Assembly: GCA_963815455.1 (NCBI GenBank)
Contig: CAWFGO010000001.1
Span: 256,001-320,000, forward strand
DNA from: an uncultured Verrucomicrobiae bacterium
GTDB taxonomy: Bacteria; Verrucomicrobiota; Verrucomicrobiia; Chthoniobacterales; UBA10450
Length of the DNA: 64,000 nt
Reading direction: 5' to 3'
Part shown: positions 42,557 to 53,308 of the stretch, in pieces
Numbering within the stretch: position 1 is the stretch's first letter
How the letters are laid out: each line of letters opens with the position of its first letter
The notes under the pieces: model-generated
Database searches by the model: none
Seen by the model: only the letters and a program-made list of their open reading frames with translations
Told to the model about the DNA's origin: nothing
Translations under genes and position numbers: made by a program

Positions 42557-43834
42557 CTAGAACTGGCCTTCCAGCGAATCGAGATAGGCCGAAAGCGCGT
42601 CTCGCCGTCGCGGGACCGGAGCGAGCGATTCGCCCGCCGCTTTCAGATAATCCGCGAACGTTTCGCTCGTTGCTTTCGATTGAGTCGCCTCGAACCAATT
42701 CAGATAATCTTCGATCTCGCTCATCCGAGCGGTCAGCTCGGCGCGGGTCGTTTTCAAACGGGCGAGGCGCTCGGATAATTTTCGCCGTTTTCCCGAAACG
42801 AGCAGTGTTGCAATGCGCTGATAATCGAGGACGATCGGCCGCATGACCGGATTGGCCCGGGCGCCCAGCAACAGCAGTTCCCCGCTCAATCGATCAAGCG
42901 CGATCTTTTCCGCCGGGGAAAGTTTTCGCCGCAGAAAATCGCTTAGCTCTGTCGTGCGGGCTGATGCTCCCGTTCCGGCGATTTTGATGCGCAGTAGTTT
43001 GCCGAGTTGCTGCTCAGTTTCATCAAACCCGAGCAATTGAGAATTCCGCGTGGCGCTCAGTCGAGCCACTCTCGATTGCCAAATCTCGTCCACATCGCCG
43101 CTTAACAATGGAAACTGTTTTCTCAGATCGGCCAGTGGATCGCTGGAGGCGCTCGAGAGATTGTCGATGTAGCGGAGGAGCCGTGAGGAACCATCGGTTC
43201 CCTCGAGGAGCAATTGCACGAATGCGAATGAGTAGGCGCGATAGAGCGTTCGTCCCGGAGAATCGAGCAATGCGGGACGCTGCCGGAGAAATTCCTCCAG
43301 CGGCATGATTTTTCTGGAGAGAGCAAGCGCCTGGATCAATGGCTGTTGATCCCGGCCGGGTGTGAGCGCCAGCACGCCATCGAGCAACCAGTCGGGCGGT
43401 TCCACGTAAACCGAGCCGGGAGCGATGTTCGCTTCGCTCCGGTAAATCATTTCCAGCAAAATCGCGCGGAGCAATTCACGTTCGATCAGTGAAGCATCGG
43501 CGTCTTGTCCGACAGTGAGATCCAGTTGCAGCTTCAGCCCGGAACCGGTCTGGCTGAACCGCAATTCGGCGCTTGGCAATTCCGGAACGTTCGCCTGCGG
43601 CGATTGCAAATTGACCACGATTGGCGTTTTCCACCGGTCCGGCTGCCCCAGTATCTTGAGCAGGTTGGCCTTGGTCTGTTCCGCGATCTGGGAAACGGCG
43701 CCCCGCCGGGTCGTATTCGCGCCATAAATGACGAACTGGCGCGACGGACTGACGCTGTGGTCCGGAAGCGCAGCCGGGAGCGGATGGCAAATTAGGATCG
43801 ACAATAAGAGAAGCGAACCGCGATTCATCAGCAT
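42557..43834 (-). CDS. Secreted hypothetical protein
   Basis: 425 aa, signal peptide, 'PDWLLDG' segment. Confidence 0.7.
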   Translation of the reverse strand: MLMNRGSLLLLSILICHPLPAALPDHSVSPSRQFVIYGANTTRRGAVSQIAEQTKANLLKILGQPDRWKTPIVVNLQSPQANVPELPSAELRFSQTGSGLKLQLDLTVGQDADASLIERELLRAILLEMIYRSEANIAPGSVYVEPPDWLLDGVLALTPGRDQQPLIQALALSRKIMPLEEFLRQRPALLDSPGRTLYRAYSFAFVQLLLEGTDGSSRLLRYIDNLSSASSDPLADLRKQFPLLSGDVDEIWQSRVARLSATRNSQLLGFDETEQQLGKLLRIKIAGTGASARTTELSDFLRRKLSPAEKIALDRLSGELLLLGARANPVMRPIVLDYQRIATLLVSGKRRKLSERLARLKTTRAELTARMSEIEDYLNWFEATQSKATSETFADYLKAAGESLAPVPRRRDALSAYLDSLEGQF

Positions 43835-43975
43835 CCTCGATCAAAGAATAGCCGCGGCGGGAGCCACATCGCCAGCAAAAGAATCTACAGGCGAAACTCT
43901 CGCGCGTTTGAGGTGTGTAATCCCCAGAGAGCCGGCAGGCTCGCACAGGGTAAGAGGGTGAGTCTGCCGGCTTCG

Positions 43976-44728
43976 CTATTGCAGCGGCACCGGCGCAGTC
44001 AGGACGACAAATTTGTCGTGAAACTCGATGGCGCCCATCTTGGAGACCAACTTGTATTCACGATCCAACGCAGACCAGACATCACTAAAAATAATATCGA
44101 TGAACTGCATTAAGAGCGGATGAATCGGGAGCCGCCCAATGCCGCCGCCATTGCTCGACACTACTGGCTTGCCGTCACCGATCCGGACCGAATAACTCGC
44201 GGTGGTATAAACCGAAAATCCGAAAACAGAGCGCTCCACCGTGATGGCGCAACTGCCCTCCCGAAATTGGGCAATCGCGCTCTCAAACATCAGGAACGGC
44301 TTGTTCAACTTCGATCGCTTGGTTTTTAGCGCGGATTGCAAGTGATTGTTCACTTGTTTCTCGGTGTACTGCAATTGAACCGGGGCATGACGAAGAATTG
44401 CGTTCTCCAAATCGAAGTTGATCTGCGAGAGAATGAGGTCGCCTGTCTTCGGGGGCGGAGGAAGATCCGGCGGCAAAATCATTTGCACCACAGCCGCCAC
44501 CGCGCACGCCCCGAGGACCATTTTGCAGAATCGAAAAAACTTGAGACGAAGTTTCAACGCCGTTGGATCAAACAGCTTGCGCACACGACGCTGCGTCTGC
44601 TTTAGGCTTTCCTTCTGCGAAACTCGCGACGCACCGGCGGAACGCTCGAGCTTGGTCCCGCAGCTGTGACAGTAGATGCGCTCAGACTCGTTCTCGTGCT
44701 GGCACTCGGGACAAATCAGTTTAATCAC
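43976..44728 (-). CDS. Zinc-ribbon membrane protein
   Basis: 'CPECQHEN....YCHSCG' followed by a TM helix. Confidence 0.75.
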   Translation of the reverse strand: MIKLICPECQHENESERIYCHSCGTKLERSAGASRVSQKESLKQTQRRVRKLFDPTALKLRLKFFRFCKMVLGACAVAAVVQMILPPDLPPPPKTGDLILSQINFDLENAILRHAPVQLQYTEKQVNNHLQSALKTKRSKLNKPFLMFESAIAQFREGSCAITVERSVFGFSVYTTASYSVRIGDGKPVVSSNGGGIGRLPIHPLLMQFIDIIFSDVWSALDREYKLVSKMGAIEFHDKFVVLTAPVPLQ

Positions 44729-45081
44729 GCGCCGGATTCCTTCTTTGTTTTGCTGGGGCTGGTCGATGTCGATGTTGCGGGTGCAGTCTTGCCGCTGGTC
44801 TCTTTCGCGGGCGTCGATTTATCTCCACCGCTCGCGGCAGCCGGCGCCTCTTTCTTGGCCGCTTCTTTGTAAGAATTACTCCGATAATCGGTTATGTAAA
44901 ACCCGGACCCCTTGAAGATCAGACCCGCGCCGGTCCCGAGGAGGCGTTTCACTTTCCCGTGGCCCCATTTCGGCAACCGGCAGAGCTCTTTCGGACACTC
45001 CTTAAACGGCTCGTCCCGCATGGATTGAAACGTCTCGAAATTCTGGCCGCACTTCTGGCAGGCATACTCGTAAGTGGGCAT
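44725..45081 (-). CDS. FmdB-family zinc-ribbon protein
   Basis: 'MPTYEYACQKCG' and 'FKGSGFYITDY'. Confidence 0.9.
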   Translation of the reverse strand: MPTYEYACQKCGQNFETFQSMRDEPFKECPKELCRLPKWGHGKVKRLLGTGAGLIFKGSGFYITDYRSNSYKEAAKKEAPAAASGGDKSTPAKETSGKTAPATSTSTSPSKTKKESGA

Positions 45082-45263
45082 GATCGGTGAAATTATCGGC
45101 CGGCGAAGATGGCCGGAAGTCTGCATGAAACAAAGCACAATTCAAGCCGGAGCAAACTTCGTGCAGAGCGGGCTTTTTACGCGAAGTTCATTACCTGGCC
45201 GGACGCTGTCGATCCCTTGACTTTGCCTCGCTTGCGAATTAGGAAATTCGTCCGAAAAAATTT

Positions 45264-45878
45264 ATGTTTTCATCGTTTTATCGCACATTGGCAGTTCCGT
45301 TTTTCGCGGCCCTGGTGGTCTTCCTGGCCGGTTGTGAGTCGAACGATCCGCGGTTCTCCACTCAGACCCAATATTTGGGTGGTACGCATGGGACCTCTCC
45401 GGCTCCGGGCGCACCCCAGGACAACATTTCTTACTGGGATGGCGACGGCGCTGGAGGAAAACCATCGATCAAAATCAGCCTGGGCGAGCAACGCGCTTAT
45501 TTCTACAAGAGCGGCGCGCTGGTGGGCATCTCCCAGCTCTCCACCGGCCGGGAGGGTTTGAACACGCCCCACGGCAAATTTTCCGTCATCCAGAAGGACA
45601 TCAACCACGTCTCGAGTCTGTATGGCGACTATGTTGATGCGGCAGGCAACGTGGTGAAGGCCAATGTCGATGTAAACAAGGACCCGAAACCGCCCGGCAC
45701 CCATTTCAAGGGCGCGCCGATGCCTTACTTCATGCGCGTGACCCAAGGCATCGGTCTTCACGCCGGTTATCTTCCCGGGTTTCCAGCTTCACATGGCTGC
45801 ATTCGAATGCCGGAGTTCATGGCCGAAAGCTTCTTCAAGTCCGTCTCGGTCGGAACGCCGGTCACGATTACAAATTAG
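45264..45878 (+). CDS. L,D-transpeptidase (YkuD family) lipoprotein
   Basis: Lipobox 'LAGC' and catalytic 'GLHAG...ASHGCIRM'. Confidence 0.9.
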   Translation: MFSSFYRTLAVPFFAALVVFLAGCESNDPRFSTQTQYLGGTHGTSPAPGAPQDNISYWDGDGAGGKPSIKISLGEQRAYFYKSGALVGISQLSTGREGLNTPHGKFSVIQKDINHVSSLYGDYVDAAGNVVKANVDVNKDPKPPGTHFKGAPMPYFMRVTQGIGLHAGYLPGFPASHGCIRMPEFMAESFFKSVSVGTPVTITN

Positions 45879-45953
45879 AATGCTTACCCGGGCAGTGTCT
45901 GGGCTTGCAGAAATTTTTTCCCGGCGGCATGCTCGATGTCTGCCAGCCGAAAT

Positions 45954-46967
45954 ATGATCGTCATCACGCAACCAAACGCCACCGAGGCCCAGATCAACCG
46001 GATCGTTGCGCGGGTGCGCGAGCTCGGTCTCGACGCCCAAATCAGCCGGGGCGCGTCGCGGGTGATCATCGGGGTGATCGGCCCCGAAGCGCTTCTGCGG
46101 GAGAAGCCGCTCGCCGCCATGCCGGGTGTGGAGGCGATCGTTCCCGTGTTCACACCCTACAAGCTGGCCTCGCGCGACTCGCGAACGGCGTCATCGGTCG
46201 CCGTCGGAGACGTGAGAATCGGCGGGAACGAAAACGTCGTCCTGATTTCCGGACCGTGCTCGGTCGAAAGCAGCGAACAGATTTTATCGATCGCCAAGAC
46301 CGTCAAACAGTCGGGCGCGAAAATTCTCAGGGGCGGCGCCTTTAAGCCGCGCACCTCGCCCTACAGTTTCCAGGGTCTGCGCGAAGACGGCCTTCGTTTC
46401 CTCGCGGAGGCGCGCGCCGAAACCGGTCTTCCCGTCATCACCGAAATCATGGACGCCCGCGATTTGCCCATGATCGAGAAATACGCGGATTGTTTGCAGG
46501 TCGGCACGCGCAACATGCAAAATTTTTCGCTGTTGAAGGAATTGGGCCGGAGCCGGTTGCCGGTTCTGCTTAAGCGCGGATTCAGCGCCACCGTTAACGA
46601 ATTGATCATGAGCGCGGAATACATCTTGAGCGAAGGCAACATGAATGTGCTCCTTTGCGAACGCGGCATTCGCAGCTTCGAGCCGGCGACGCGCTACACC
46701 CTGGACCTCAGCGCCGTCCCAATTCTCCGATCCAAAACGCATCTGCCATTGATTGTCGATCCAACCCACGCCATCGGAGTGCGCGACTTTGTTCCGCAAA
46801 TGTCGCTGGCCGCTCTCGCCGCCGGGGCCGACGCGCTCATGATCGAGGTGCACGACTCACCCGAGCTGGCCAAGAGCGACGGTGAGCAAGCGCTCACCCC
46901 GGCAATGTTCGCCGATCTCGTTCCGCGGTTACGGGCCGTGGCTGCCGCCATCGGGCGCAAGTTGTAA
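45954..46967 (+). CDS. aroF: 3-deoxy-7-phosphoheptulonate (DAHP) synthase, class I-beta
   Basis: 'GPCSVES', 'RGGAFKPRTSPYSFQG', 'RNMQNF' and 'CERGIR'. Confidence 0.93.
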   Translation: MIVITQPNATEAQINRIVARVRELGLDAQISRGASRVIIGVIGPEALLREKPLAAMPGVEAIVPVFTPYKLASRDSRTASSVAVGDVRIGGNENVVLISGPCSVESSEQILSIAKTVKQSGAKILRGGAFKPRTSPYSFQGLREDGLRFLAEARAETGLPVITEIMDARDLPMIEKYADCLQVGTRNMQNFSLLKELGRSRLPVLLKRGFSATVNELIMSAEYILSEGNMNVLLCERGIRSFEPATRYTLDLSAVPILRSKTHLPLIVDPTHAIGVRDFVPQMSLAALAAGADALMIEVHDSPELAKSDGEQALTPAMFADLVPRLRAVAAAIGRKL

Positions 46968-47114
46968 CCACAAGATTCGTCGGCGCGCTCGGAGAGAGCG
47001 CGCCCTGCCTGAAAACATTCCTGCGTTCCTGCTTTCCTTAGATATTCTCCGCGAAAATTCCCAGGCCCCGCGAGCAGGTTTTGAAGTCGCGGCGTTTTCA
47101 GCGAAAGCTCTTTT

Positions 47115-50100
47115 GTGGAAAAATCGATCCGGGTCGAGCTGTTAGAATTGGTCGAAGCGGCCGAACCGATCGCCGGCAAGTTGCGCGCGATCGGCGATGG
47201 TCGCCCGGTCACGTTTTCGCACGTGGTTGAGTCGGCCCAGTCTTTCCTCGTCGCCTCCATCGCGCGCAGAATCAACAAGACGATCTGGGTCCTTTGCCCC
47301 AGCGTTCATTCCCAGGAAATATTTTACGAAAGCCTGCTAAACTGGTGTCCAAACGCGTTGTTCCTGCCGGAAGCCGAGTTTGCCGCCGTTGAAAACATCT
47401 TGCCCGATCCGGAGATCGCCGCCGAACGGCTCGCCTTGCTCTCGCAGATCGAACGCGAAAAAGGACCGCACCTCGTTGTCGCCACCCAAGCCAGCCTGGA
47501 TCAAGCCGCGCCCGAGCGCGGCACACTGAAGTCCGCCCTCGGCCAAATTCGGAAAGGATCGGACGAGAAAATGGAGCAACTTCTCGACCGGCTCATCGAA
47601 GGAAATTATGAGCGCGTCGCCCAGGTCACGACGCGGGGGCAGTTCGCCGTGCGCGGCGGCATTGTCGATCTTTACTCGTGGCAGGCGCCGTTGCCGGTGC
47701 GCATCGAATTTTTCGGCGACCAAATCGATTCTCTGCGCGAATTCGATATCGATACCCAAACCGCGGTCCGCGAATTGAGCAGGATCGACATCCTCATCGG
47801 CGCAGCCGATCAGCAAACGGGCCGGGTCCGCGATTACGTCGCCGACGATCATCTCAAGATCGACATCGAACCGGAGGAGAATTCCAGCGCAGAAGTTCAA
47901 ATTAGCGAAGGCTGGATTGGGCAAAGCCACCGTCATCCCGAGCGAAAACGCCCGTCCGGCTCGGATCGAGGGATCCCGCTGGAAAATCGAGAGGTCGCGC
48001 CACGGGATCCTTCGACTCCGCTTCGCTCCGCTCAGGATGACATTGCGGGCGAAGATTACGCGGGCGCGTTTGTCGCCGCGGCGACCGATATTGGCGAATT
48101 CGCCATTGGCGATCTGATGCTGGTGGAAGCAAAGCGTGCGCAGCTTGTCGCACGCTTGAAAGAATGGCGGGCGAGCAAGGCCAGAATCGTCATCTATTTC
48201 CAAACCGAAGGCGAGATCGAGCGCTTTCGCGAGATTATCGACGACAAGGAAACGCTCAACGATGTCGATCTTGTCGAAGGCACTCTGGCTCACGGTTTTT
48301 GTTTTCCCGCCGCCAATCTCGTGGTGCTCTCGGCCGCGGAATTGTTTGGGCGTTTCGCCGCTCATCCACGGCGGCGTCTGCATCGAGCCGAACGTCAGCG
48401 GGCCCAGATCGATTTCAGCGAGCTGACCGAGGGCGATTACGTTGTTCACCTCGAGCACGGCGTCGGACGGTTTTTGGGTTTGATCAAACTTCCCAAGACA
48501 TCGGGAGGTGTAGAGGCGGGCGTGTCGCCCGCAAACATTTCCAAAATCGCGGCCGGCACGGCCGCCACTACACCAACGCAGGAACAAGAAGTTCTTGCGC
48601 TCGAATTCGCCGGCGAAGCCAGGCTTTACGTCCCGCTCGAGCAGGCATACCTCGTTTCGCGTTACGTCGGCGTAGGCAAGAAATCGCCGCCGCTCAGTTC
48701 GCTCGGCAATTCGAAATGGGCGCGGGCCAAAAGAGCCGCCACGGCATCCATTTTCGATTACGCGGGCAAAATGCTCGCCTTGCAAGCGGAGCGCGAGACC
48801 CATCCCGGGCACGCCTTTGGTCCCGACACCAAATGGCAAAGAGAGTTCGAGCACTCGTTCCCATTTCGCGAAACGCCCGATCAAATGAAGGCGATCGTCG
48901 ATACCAAGATCGACATGGAACGCCCGCGGCCGCTGGATCGCCTGATTTGCGGCGATGTCGGGTTTGGAAAAACCGAGGTCGCGATTCGCGCGGCGTTCAA
49001 GGCCGTGATGGAAGGCAAACAGGTCGCCGTGCTCGCGCCGACTACCGTTTTGGCCCAACAGCATTTCGAAACCTTCCGGCAGCGCATGCTCGATTACCCG
49101 GTGCGGATCGAGATGCTCAGCCGGTTTCGTTCGCAAGCGGAACAGAAAAAAGTTTTACAACTCTTGCGCGAAGGCGGCGTCGATATTGTGATCGGCACGC
49201 ATCGGCTTATCTCCGGCGACGTGCTTTTCAAGGATCTGGGTCTCGTCGTCATCGACGAGGAGCAACGCTTCGGAGTTTTGCACAAGGAAAAATTCAAGGA
49301 ACTGTTCAAACTTGTCGATGTGCTGACGCTCTCGGCCACGCCGATTCCGCGAACTCTTTATCTTTCGCTCGTGGGCGTGAAAGACATGTCCACGATCGAA
49401 ACTCCGCCGCTGAATCGGTTGCCGGTGGAAACGGTGGTCTGCGGTTACGACGAACGAATCATTCGTGACGCGATCAATCGCGAACTGGAACGCCAGGGCC
49501 AGGTTTTCTTTTTGCATAACCGGGTAATGAGCATTCAGCGCGTGCGCGATCGCATTGCCGATCTGTGCCCGCAAGCGCGAATCGAGATTGGCCACGGTCA
49601 GATGGATGCCGACGAGTTGGAAGAGGTCATGGCCCGGTTCGTGACTGGGAAGATCGACGTGCTGGTGTGCACAACGATCATTGAGAGCGGTCTCGATATT
49701 CCCAATGCCAACACGATCATCATCGATCGCGCGGACCGGTTCGGTCTGGCCGATCTTTATCAACTGCGCGGCCGAGTCGGGCGGGCCGAGCACAAGGCTT
49801 ATGCTTATCTGCTTTTGCCGCGCGAGATGATGTCGGTCGGCGCCGCCCGCAAACGGATCAATGCCATCAAGCAATACAGCTCGCTCGGGTCCGGATTTCG
49901 CATCGCCATGCGCGATCTGGAAATTCGGGGCGCGGGCAGCATTCTCGGCACGGCCCAGAGCGGTCACATCGTGGCGGTTGGTTTCGATTTATACTGCCAG
50001 TTGCTCAAACAAGCCGTCGCGCAGATCAAGGGCGACAAATTGCAACTGCGCGTCGATGTCGATCTTCGGCTCGATTTCGCGGCCACGAACGAGGCGGAGT

Positions 50101-50552
50101 TCATGCAGGAACCGAAAACGTCATCGACGGTAGAATCATCTGTAGGGGAACCTGACAGGTTCCCTAATCAAACGCGGGAAGCTTCCAACTTCCCCTACAG
50201 CCGCATCCCGGCATTTATTCCGATCGGCTACATCGGCGACACGACTCTGCGCATTCAAGCCTACCGCCACGTCGCCGAGATCGCGGCGCCCAAACAGTTG
50301 GCGCGCCTGCGCCGGGATTGGCGCGACCGCTTCGGCGCGTTCCCGCCCGCGGTTGACAATTTGTTCCTTCTCACCGAGATCAAGCTCGCCGCAGCCGAGG
50401 CCGGTATCAGCCGGGTAGAAGTAAGGGATCGGAAGGTGATGCTGACGCGGCGCGGGGATTTAATACTTGTCGGTGGCAAATTCCCCCGTTTAGTTGCAGA
50501 TAGAATCCAGGAACATCTCGGCGAACTCCTGGCACTGATAAAAAAACTATGA
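47115..50552 (+). CDS. mfd: Transcription-repair coupling factor
   Basis: UvrB-like 'RGGIVD', '[12 protein letters not shown]', 'DEEQRFG', 'QLRGRVGR', TRG motif 'RDLEIRGAG'. Confidence 0.95.
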   Translation: MEKSIRVELLELVEAAEPIAGKLRAIGDGRPVTFSHVVESAQSFLVASIARRINKTIWVLCPSVHSQEIFYESLLNWCPNALFLPEAEFAAVENILPDPEIAAERLALLSQIEREKGPHLVVATQASLDQAAPERGTLKSALGQIRKGSDEKMEQLLDRLIEGNYERVAQVTTRGQFAVRGGIVDLYSWQAPLPVRIEFFGDQIDSLREFDIDTQTAVRELSRIDILIGAADQQTGRVRDYVADDHLKIDIEPEENSSAEVQISEGWIGQSHRHPERKRPSGSDRGIPLENREVAPRDPSTPLRSAQDDIAGEDYAGAFVAAATDIGEFAIGDLMLVEAKRAQLVARLKEWRASKARIVIYFQTEGEIERFREIIDDKETLNDVDLVEGTLAHGFCFPAANLVVLSAAELFGRFAAHPRRRLHRAERQRAQIDFSELTEGDYVVHLEHGVGRFLGLIKLPKTSGGVEAGVSPANISKIAAGTAATTPTQEQEVLALEFAGEARLYVPLEQAYLVSRYVGVGKKSPPLSSLGNSKWARAKRAATASIFDYAGKMLALQAERETHPGHAFGPDTKWQREFEHSFPFRETPDQMKAIVDTKIDMERPRPLDRLICGDVGFGKTEVAIRAAFKAVMEGKQVAVLAPTTVLAQQHFETFRQRMLDYPVRIEMLSRFRSQAEQKKVLQLLREGGVDIVIGTHRLISGDVLFKDLGLVVIDEEQRFGVLHKEKFKELFKLVDVLTLSATPIPRTLYLSLVGVKDMSTIETPPLNRLPVETVVCGYDERIIRDAINRELERQGQVFFLHNRVMSIQRVRDRIADLCPQARIEIGHGQMDADELEEVMARFVTGKIDVLVCTTIIESGLDIPNANTIIIDRADRFGLADLYQLRGRVGRAEHKAYAYLLLPREMMSVGAARKRINAIKQYSSLGSGFRIAMRDLEIRGAGSILGTAQSGHIVAVGFDLYCQLLKQAVAQIKGDKLQLRVDVDLRLDFAATNEAEFMQEPKTSSTVESSVGEPDRFPNQTREASNFPYSRIPAFIPIGYIGDTTLRIQAYRHVAEIAAPKQLARLRRDWRDRFGAFPPAVDNLFLLTEIKLAAAEAGISRVEVRDRKVMLTRRGDLILVGGKFPRLVADRIQEHLGELLALIKKL
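47932..48041. repeat. In-frame palindromic insertion in mfd (GTCATC...GGATGAC family)
   Basis: Homologous to the intergenic copy at 7798-7890. Encodes RHPERKR...[13 protein letters not shown]. Confidence 0.85.
48507..48574. repeat. In-frame REP-like insertion in mfd
   Basis: Ends GGTGTAG...CTACACC. Encodes [22 protein letters not shown] within the RNAP-interacting region. Confidence 0.75.
50140..50200. repeat. In-frame REP-like insertion in mfd
   Basis: Ends CTGTAGGGGAA...TTCCCCTACAG. Encodes [19 protein letters not shown]. Confidence 0.8.
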
Positions 50553-51544
50553 AACGCGTGATTCGTCCTTTTGCCATGGCATCGTTGGCCGTCGCCGCGC
50601 TTGTGCTCGCGCTTGCGCCGCTTTGTCACGCAGCCTACGCCGCCGAACCGGAAGTTGTCGATGGAATCGCTGCCGTCGTGAACGGCGAGGTGGTGACATA
50701 CTCGCAGGTCCGGGTCGTGTCTGCGCCGCGGGAAAAATTGCTCCGCTCTCAGTACACCGGGGACGAACTCGCGGCCAAGATCAAGGAAGCGCGCCAGGCA
50801 GCTTTGCAGGATCTGATCGATCGGCAGCTGATCATCCAGGCGTTTAAGAAGGAGAATTATCAGGTCCCGGATCACTTTGTGGAGGAGCGGTTGCACGATA
50901 TCATCCGCGAATCGTTTGGCGGCGATCGCAACACCTTTATCAAAACGCTCGAAGCCCAAAATTATACGCTGGGCGAATTCAAGAAGATGGAAATGGAGCG
51001 CATGATCGTGCAGGCGATGCGGGGCAGAAACGTCAAGATGAACCTGATCATTCCGCCGGCGAAGGTGGAGGAATATTACAAGAAGCACATCGACGAATTC
51101 GCCGTGAAAGAACAGGTCAAACTGCGGATGATCATGATCCCGGGCAAGGCCGACACTGGCAACTCCGCCGCCCAGAAAGCGATGGCCGAGGAAGTTCTAG
51201 GAAAACTGGCCAGCGGCGCCGAGTTCGACCGCATGGCCCAGGTTTATTCGGAGGATAGCACCCGCGACTTGGGCGGCGACTGGGGCTGGATCGAACGCAA
51301 AACGCTGGCCGGTGTGCTTGAAGACGTCGCTTTTAATCTTCCGGTGGGAAAAATCAGCGGCATCATCGATTTCAGCGGCAATTATTACATCCTCAAAGTC
51401 GAAGACAAACGCGGCGGCGACACCAAATCGCTCGCCGAGGTCCGACCCGACATCGAGAAGAAATTACTTCAGTTGGAAGCTCAGAGCCTCCAGGAACGCT
51501 GGCTCACCAGCCTTCGCTCGAAAGCGTTCATCAAAACGTTCTAG
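50549..51544 (+). CDS. surA: SurA-like peptidyl-prolyl isomerase/chaperone
   Basis: 'VDGIAAVVNGEVVT', parvulin 'F..MA..YSED....GGDWGW', mfd-surA-pdxA synteny. Confidence 0.85.
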   Translation: MKRVIRPFAMASLAVAALVLALAPLCHAAYAAEPEVVDGIAAVVNGEVVTYSQVRVVSAPREKLLRSQYTGDELAAKIKEARQAALQDLIDRQLIIQAFKKENYQVPDHFVEERLHDIIRESFGGDRNTFIKTLEAQNYTLGEFKKMEMERMIVQAMRGRNVKMNLIIPPAKVEEYYKKHIDEFAVKEQVKLRMIMIPGKADTGNSAAQKAMAEEVLGKLASGAEFDRMAQVYSEDSTRDLGGDWGWIERKTLAGVLEDVAFNLPVGKISGIIDFSGNYYILKVEDKRGGDTKSLAEVRPDIEKKLLQLEAQSLQERWLTSLRSKAFIKTF

Positions 51545-51752
51545 TCCTCTTCATTAAATGTTGGACGTTGGGCGTTAGGCGGTGAACGTTTGCGATTAGT
51601 GGACAGAGTATTTCAGTATTTCGTGCGGTCTATCGCCGTTCATTGTTCTCGCGGCAGTTGGATTTATCCTGAGCCTCGCCGCGCACATCCGCGCGGTTGA
51701 AGGTTTACCGACTCACGCTTGCGAGAATGCTCCGAGCTGCTGACAATGAGCG

Positions 51753-52685
51753 ATGCGACCACGCATCGGTATCACCCTAGGAGATTGCGCCGGGATTGGG
51801 CCGGAGATTGTCGATCTTGCCCTGAAGTCGGGACGTGTCCCCGATTCCGCGGAATACGTCGTCATCGGACGGCAAATCGAGTGCAAACCGGGCGCGCCTA
51901 CCGTCGAGACTGCGCGCGCGGCCGCTGCTGCGCTGGAAGAAGCGGTCACGCTCAACCGGCGCGGCGAGATCGAGGCGGTTGTCACCGGACCGGTGCACAA
52001 AGCCCGGATATATGAAGCCGGTTTCAGATTTCCCGGCCAAACCGAGTTCTTCGCCGAACGTTGCGGCGTGAAAAATTTCGCGATGTGTTTGACCGGTGGA
52101 AAAATCACCGTCGCCCTGGTCACCGCTCACATTCCGCTCAGCGAAGTCTCACGCGCGCTCAAACAATCCGAAATCGTCCGCGTCGGCCTCTTACTCGCCG
52201 ATTTCATCCAAAGCCGCCATGACCAAAAGAACTTGACCGCTTTAAGCGGTCAAGTTTCCTCGGATCGCGAAAAAACAGAAGTGAGCATCGCGGTGGCGGG
52301 GCTAAACCCACATGCCGGCGAATCGGGCAAGCTCGGCCTCGAAGAAACTAAAATCATCGCGCCGGCCGTCGCAGAGCTGAACTCGTCACTCGTCACTCGT
52401 CACTCGTCACTCGCCTTCATCGGCCCTCTTTCTCCGGACACGCTGTTCCATCGTCTTGTCGAAGGCGAATTCGACGCTGCGCTTTGCATGTATCACGATC
52501 AGGGATTGATCCCGCTGAAACTCCACGCATTTCATAGCGGCGTAAACGTGACCCTCGGCCTGCCCTTCCCTCGCACCAGTCCGGATCACGGGACTGCGTT
52601 CGATATTGCCGGCAAAAATATTGCCCGGCCTGACAGCATGATCGCCGCGATCAACCTCGCCGTTGAGTTGAGCCAAAGACAATGA
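51753..52685 (+). CDS. pdxA: 4-hydroxythreonine-4-phosphate dehydrogenase PdxA
   Basis: 'GDCAGIGPEI', 'GLNPHAGE', 'MYHDQGL' and 'RTSPDHGTAFDIAG'. Confidence 0.93.
   Translation: MRPRIGITLGDCAGIGPEIVDLALKSGRVPDSAEYVVIGRQIECKPGAPTVETARAAAAALEEAVTLNRRGEIEAVVTGPVHKARIYEAGFRFPGQTEFFAERCGVKNFAMCLTGGKITVALVTAHIPLSEVSRALKQSEIVRVGLLLADFIQSRHDQKNLTALSGQVSSDREKTEVSIAVAGLNPHAGESGKLGLEETKIIAPAVAELNSSLVTRHSSLAFIGPLSPDTLFHRLVEGEFDAALCMYHDQGLIPLKLHAFHSGVNVTLGLPFPRTSPDHGTAFDIAGKNIARPDSMIAAINLAVELSQRQ
52381..52413. repeat. Heptamer tandem repeat (ACTCGTC)n inside pdxA
   Basis: 4.7 copies, encoding SSLVTRHSSL. Similar units occur intergenically at about 23516-23590. Confidence 0.8.
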
Positions 52686-53308
52686 GACGAATCGCTCCTT
52701 TTCACCTCGCCCTGCTGATTGGTGTCATAATCGTTATGGCATGGTCCGGTTGGCAACCGTACGATCGAATGACGTGGTGGCTCGAAATTTTGCCAGGCCT
52801 TGCCGGCTTACTCGTCCTGATCGCGACTTATCATCGATTCCGATTCACCTCGCTCTGTTACACGCTGATCGCTTTGCACATTTGTCTCCTGTGTGTGGGC
52901 GGTCATTACACTTACGCGCGGGTCCCGCTTTTTGACTGGCTACGCGAGACTTTTCATTGGCATCGCAATCATTACGATCGGCTCGGCCATTTCGCCCAGG
53001 GTTTGGTCCCGGCCATGATTGCCCGCGAAATGTTTCTCCGGCTTAACGTGATCGGGAGACGCGGTTGGATGCCGTTCCTAATCATCTGCGTGTCTCTCGC
53101 CATCAGCGCCTTCTACGAACTGATCGAATGGTGGACCGCGATGATCAGCGGCGATGCGGCGGTGAGTTTTCTCGCCACCCAGGGCGACGTTTGGGACACC
53201 CAGGAGGACATGTTCATGGCGCTGATCGGCGCGATCTGCACGCTGATTTTCCTGCGGCCGTGGCAGGATCGACAATTGAGACGGCTCCCGAGCGGGATCA
53301 CATTTTGA
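52682..53308 (+). CDS. DUF2238/YjdF-like inner membrane protein
   Basis: 'GGHYTYARVP', 'RNHYDRLGHF' and 'TQGDVWDTQ.DM'. Confidence 0.88.
   Translation: MRRIAPFHLALLIGVIIVMAWSGWQPYDRMTWWLEILPGLAGLLVLIATYHRFRFTSLCYTLIALHICLLCVGGHYTYARVPLFDWLRETFHWHRNHYDRLGHFAQGLVPAMIAREMFLRLNVIGRRGWMPFLIICVSLAISAFYELIEWWTAMISGDAAVSFLATQGDVWDTQEDMFMALIGAICTLIFLRPWQDRQLRRLPSGITF

Noticed and set aside
47337..49468. Long alternative-frame and antisense ORFs over mfd (also over glgP, the RND gene and the GH63 gene)
   Set aside because: These are shadow ORFs expected from high-GC codon bias. They have no recognisable motifs and fully overlap well-supported genes.
51600..51710. Short hydrophobic reading (…PFIVLAAVGFILSLAAH…) between surA and pdxA
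   Set aside because: There is no clean start or full ORF. It may be a gene remnant but cannot be supported.
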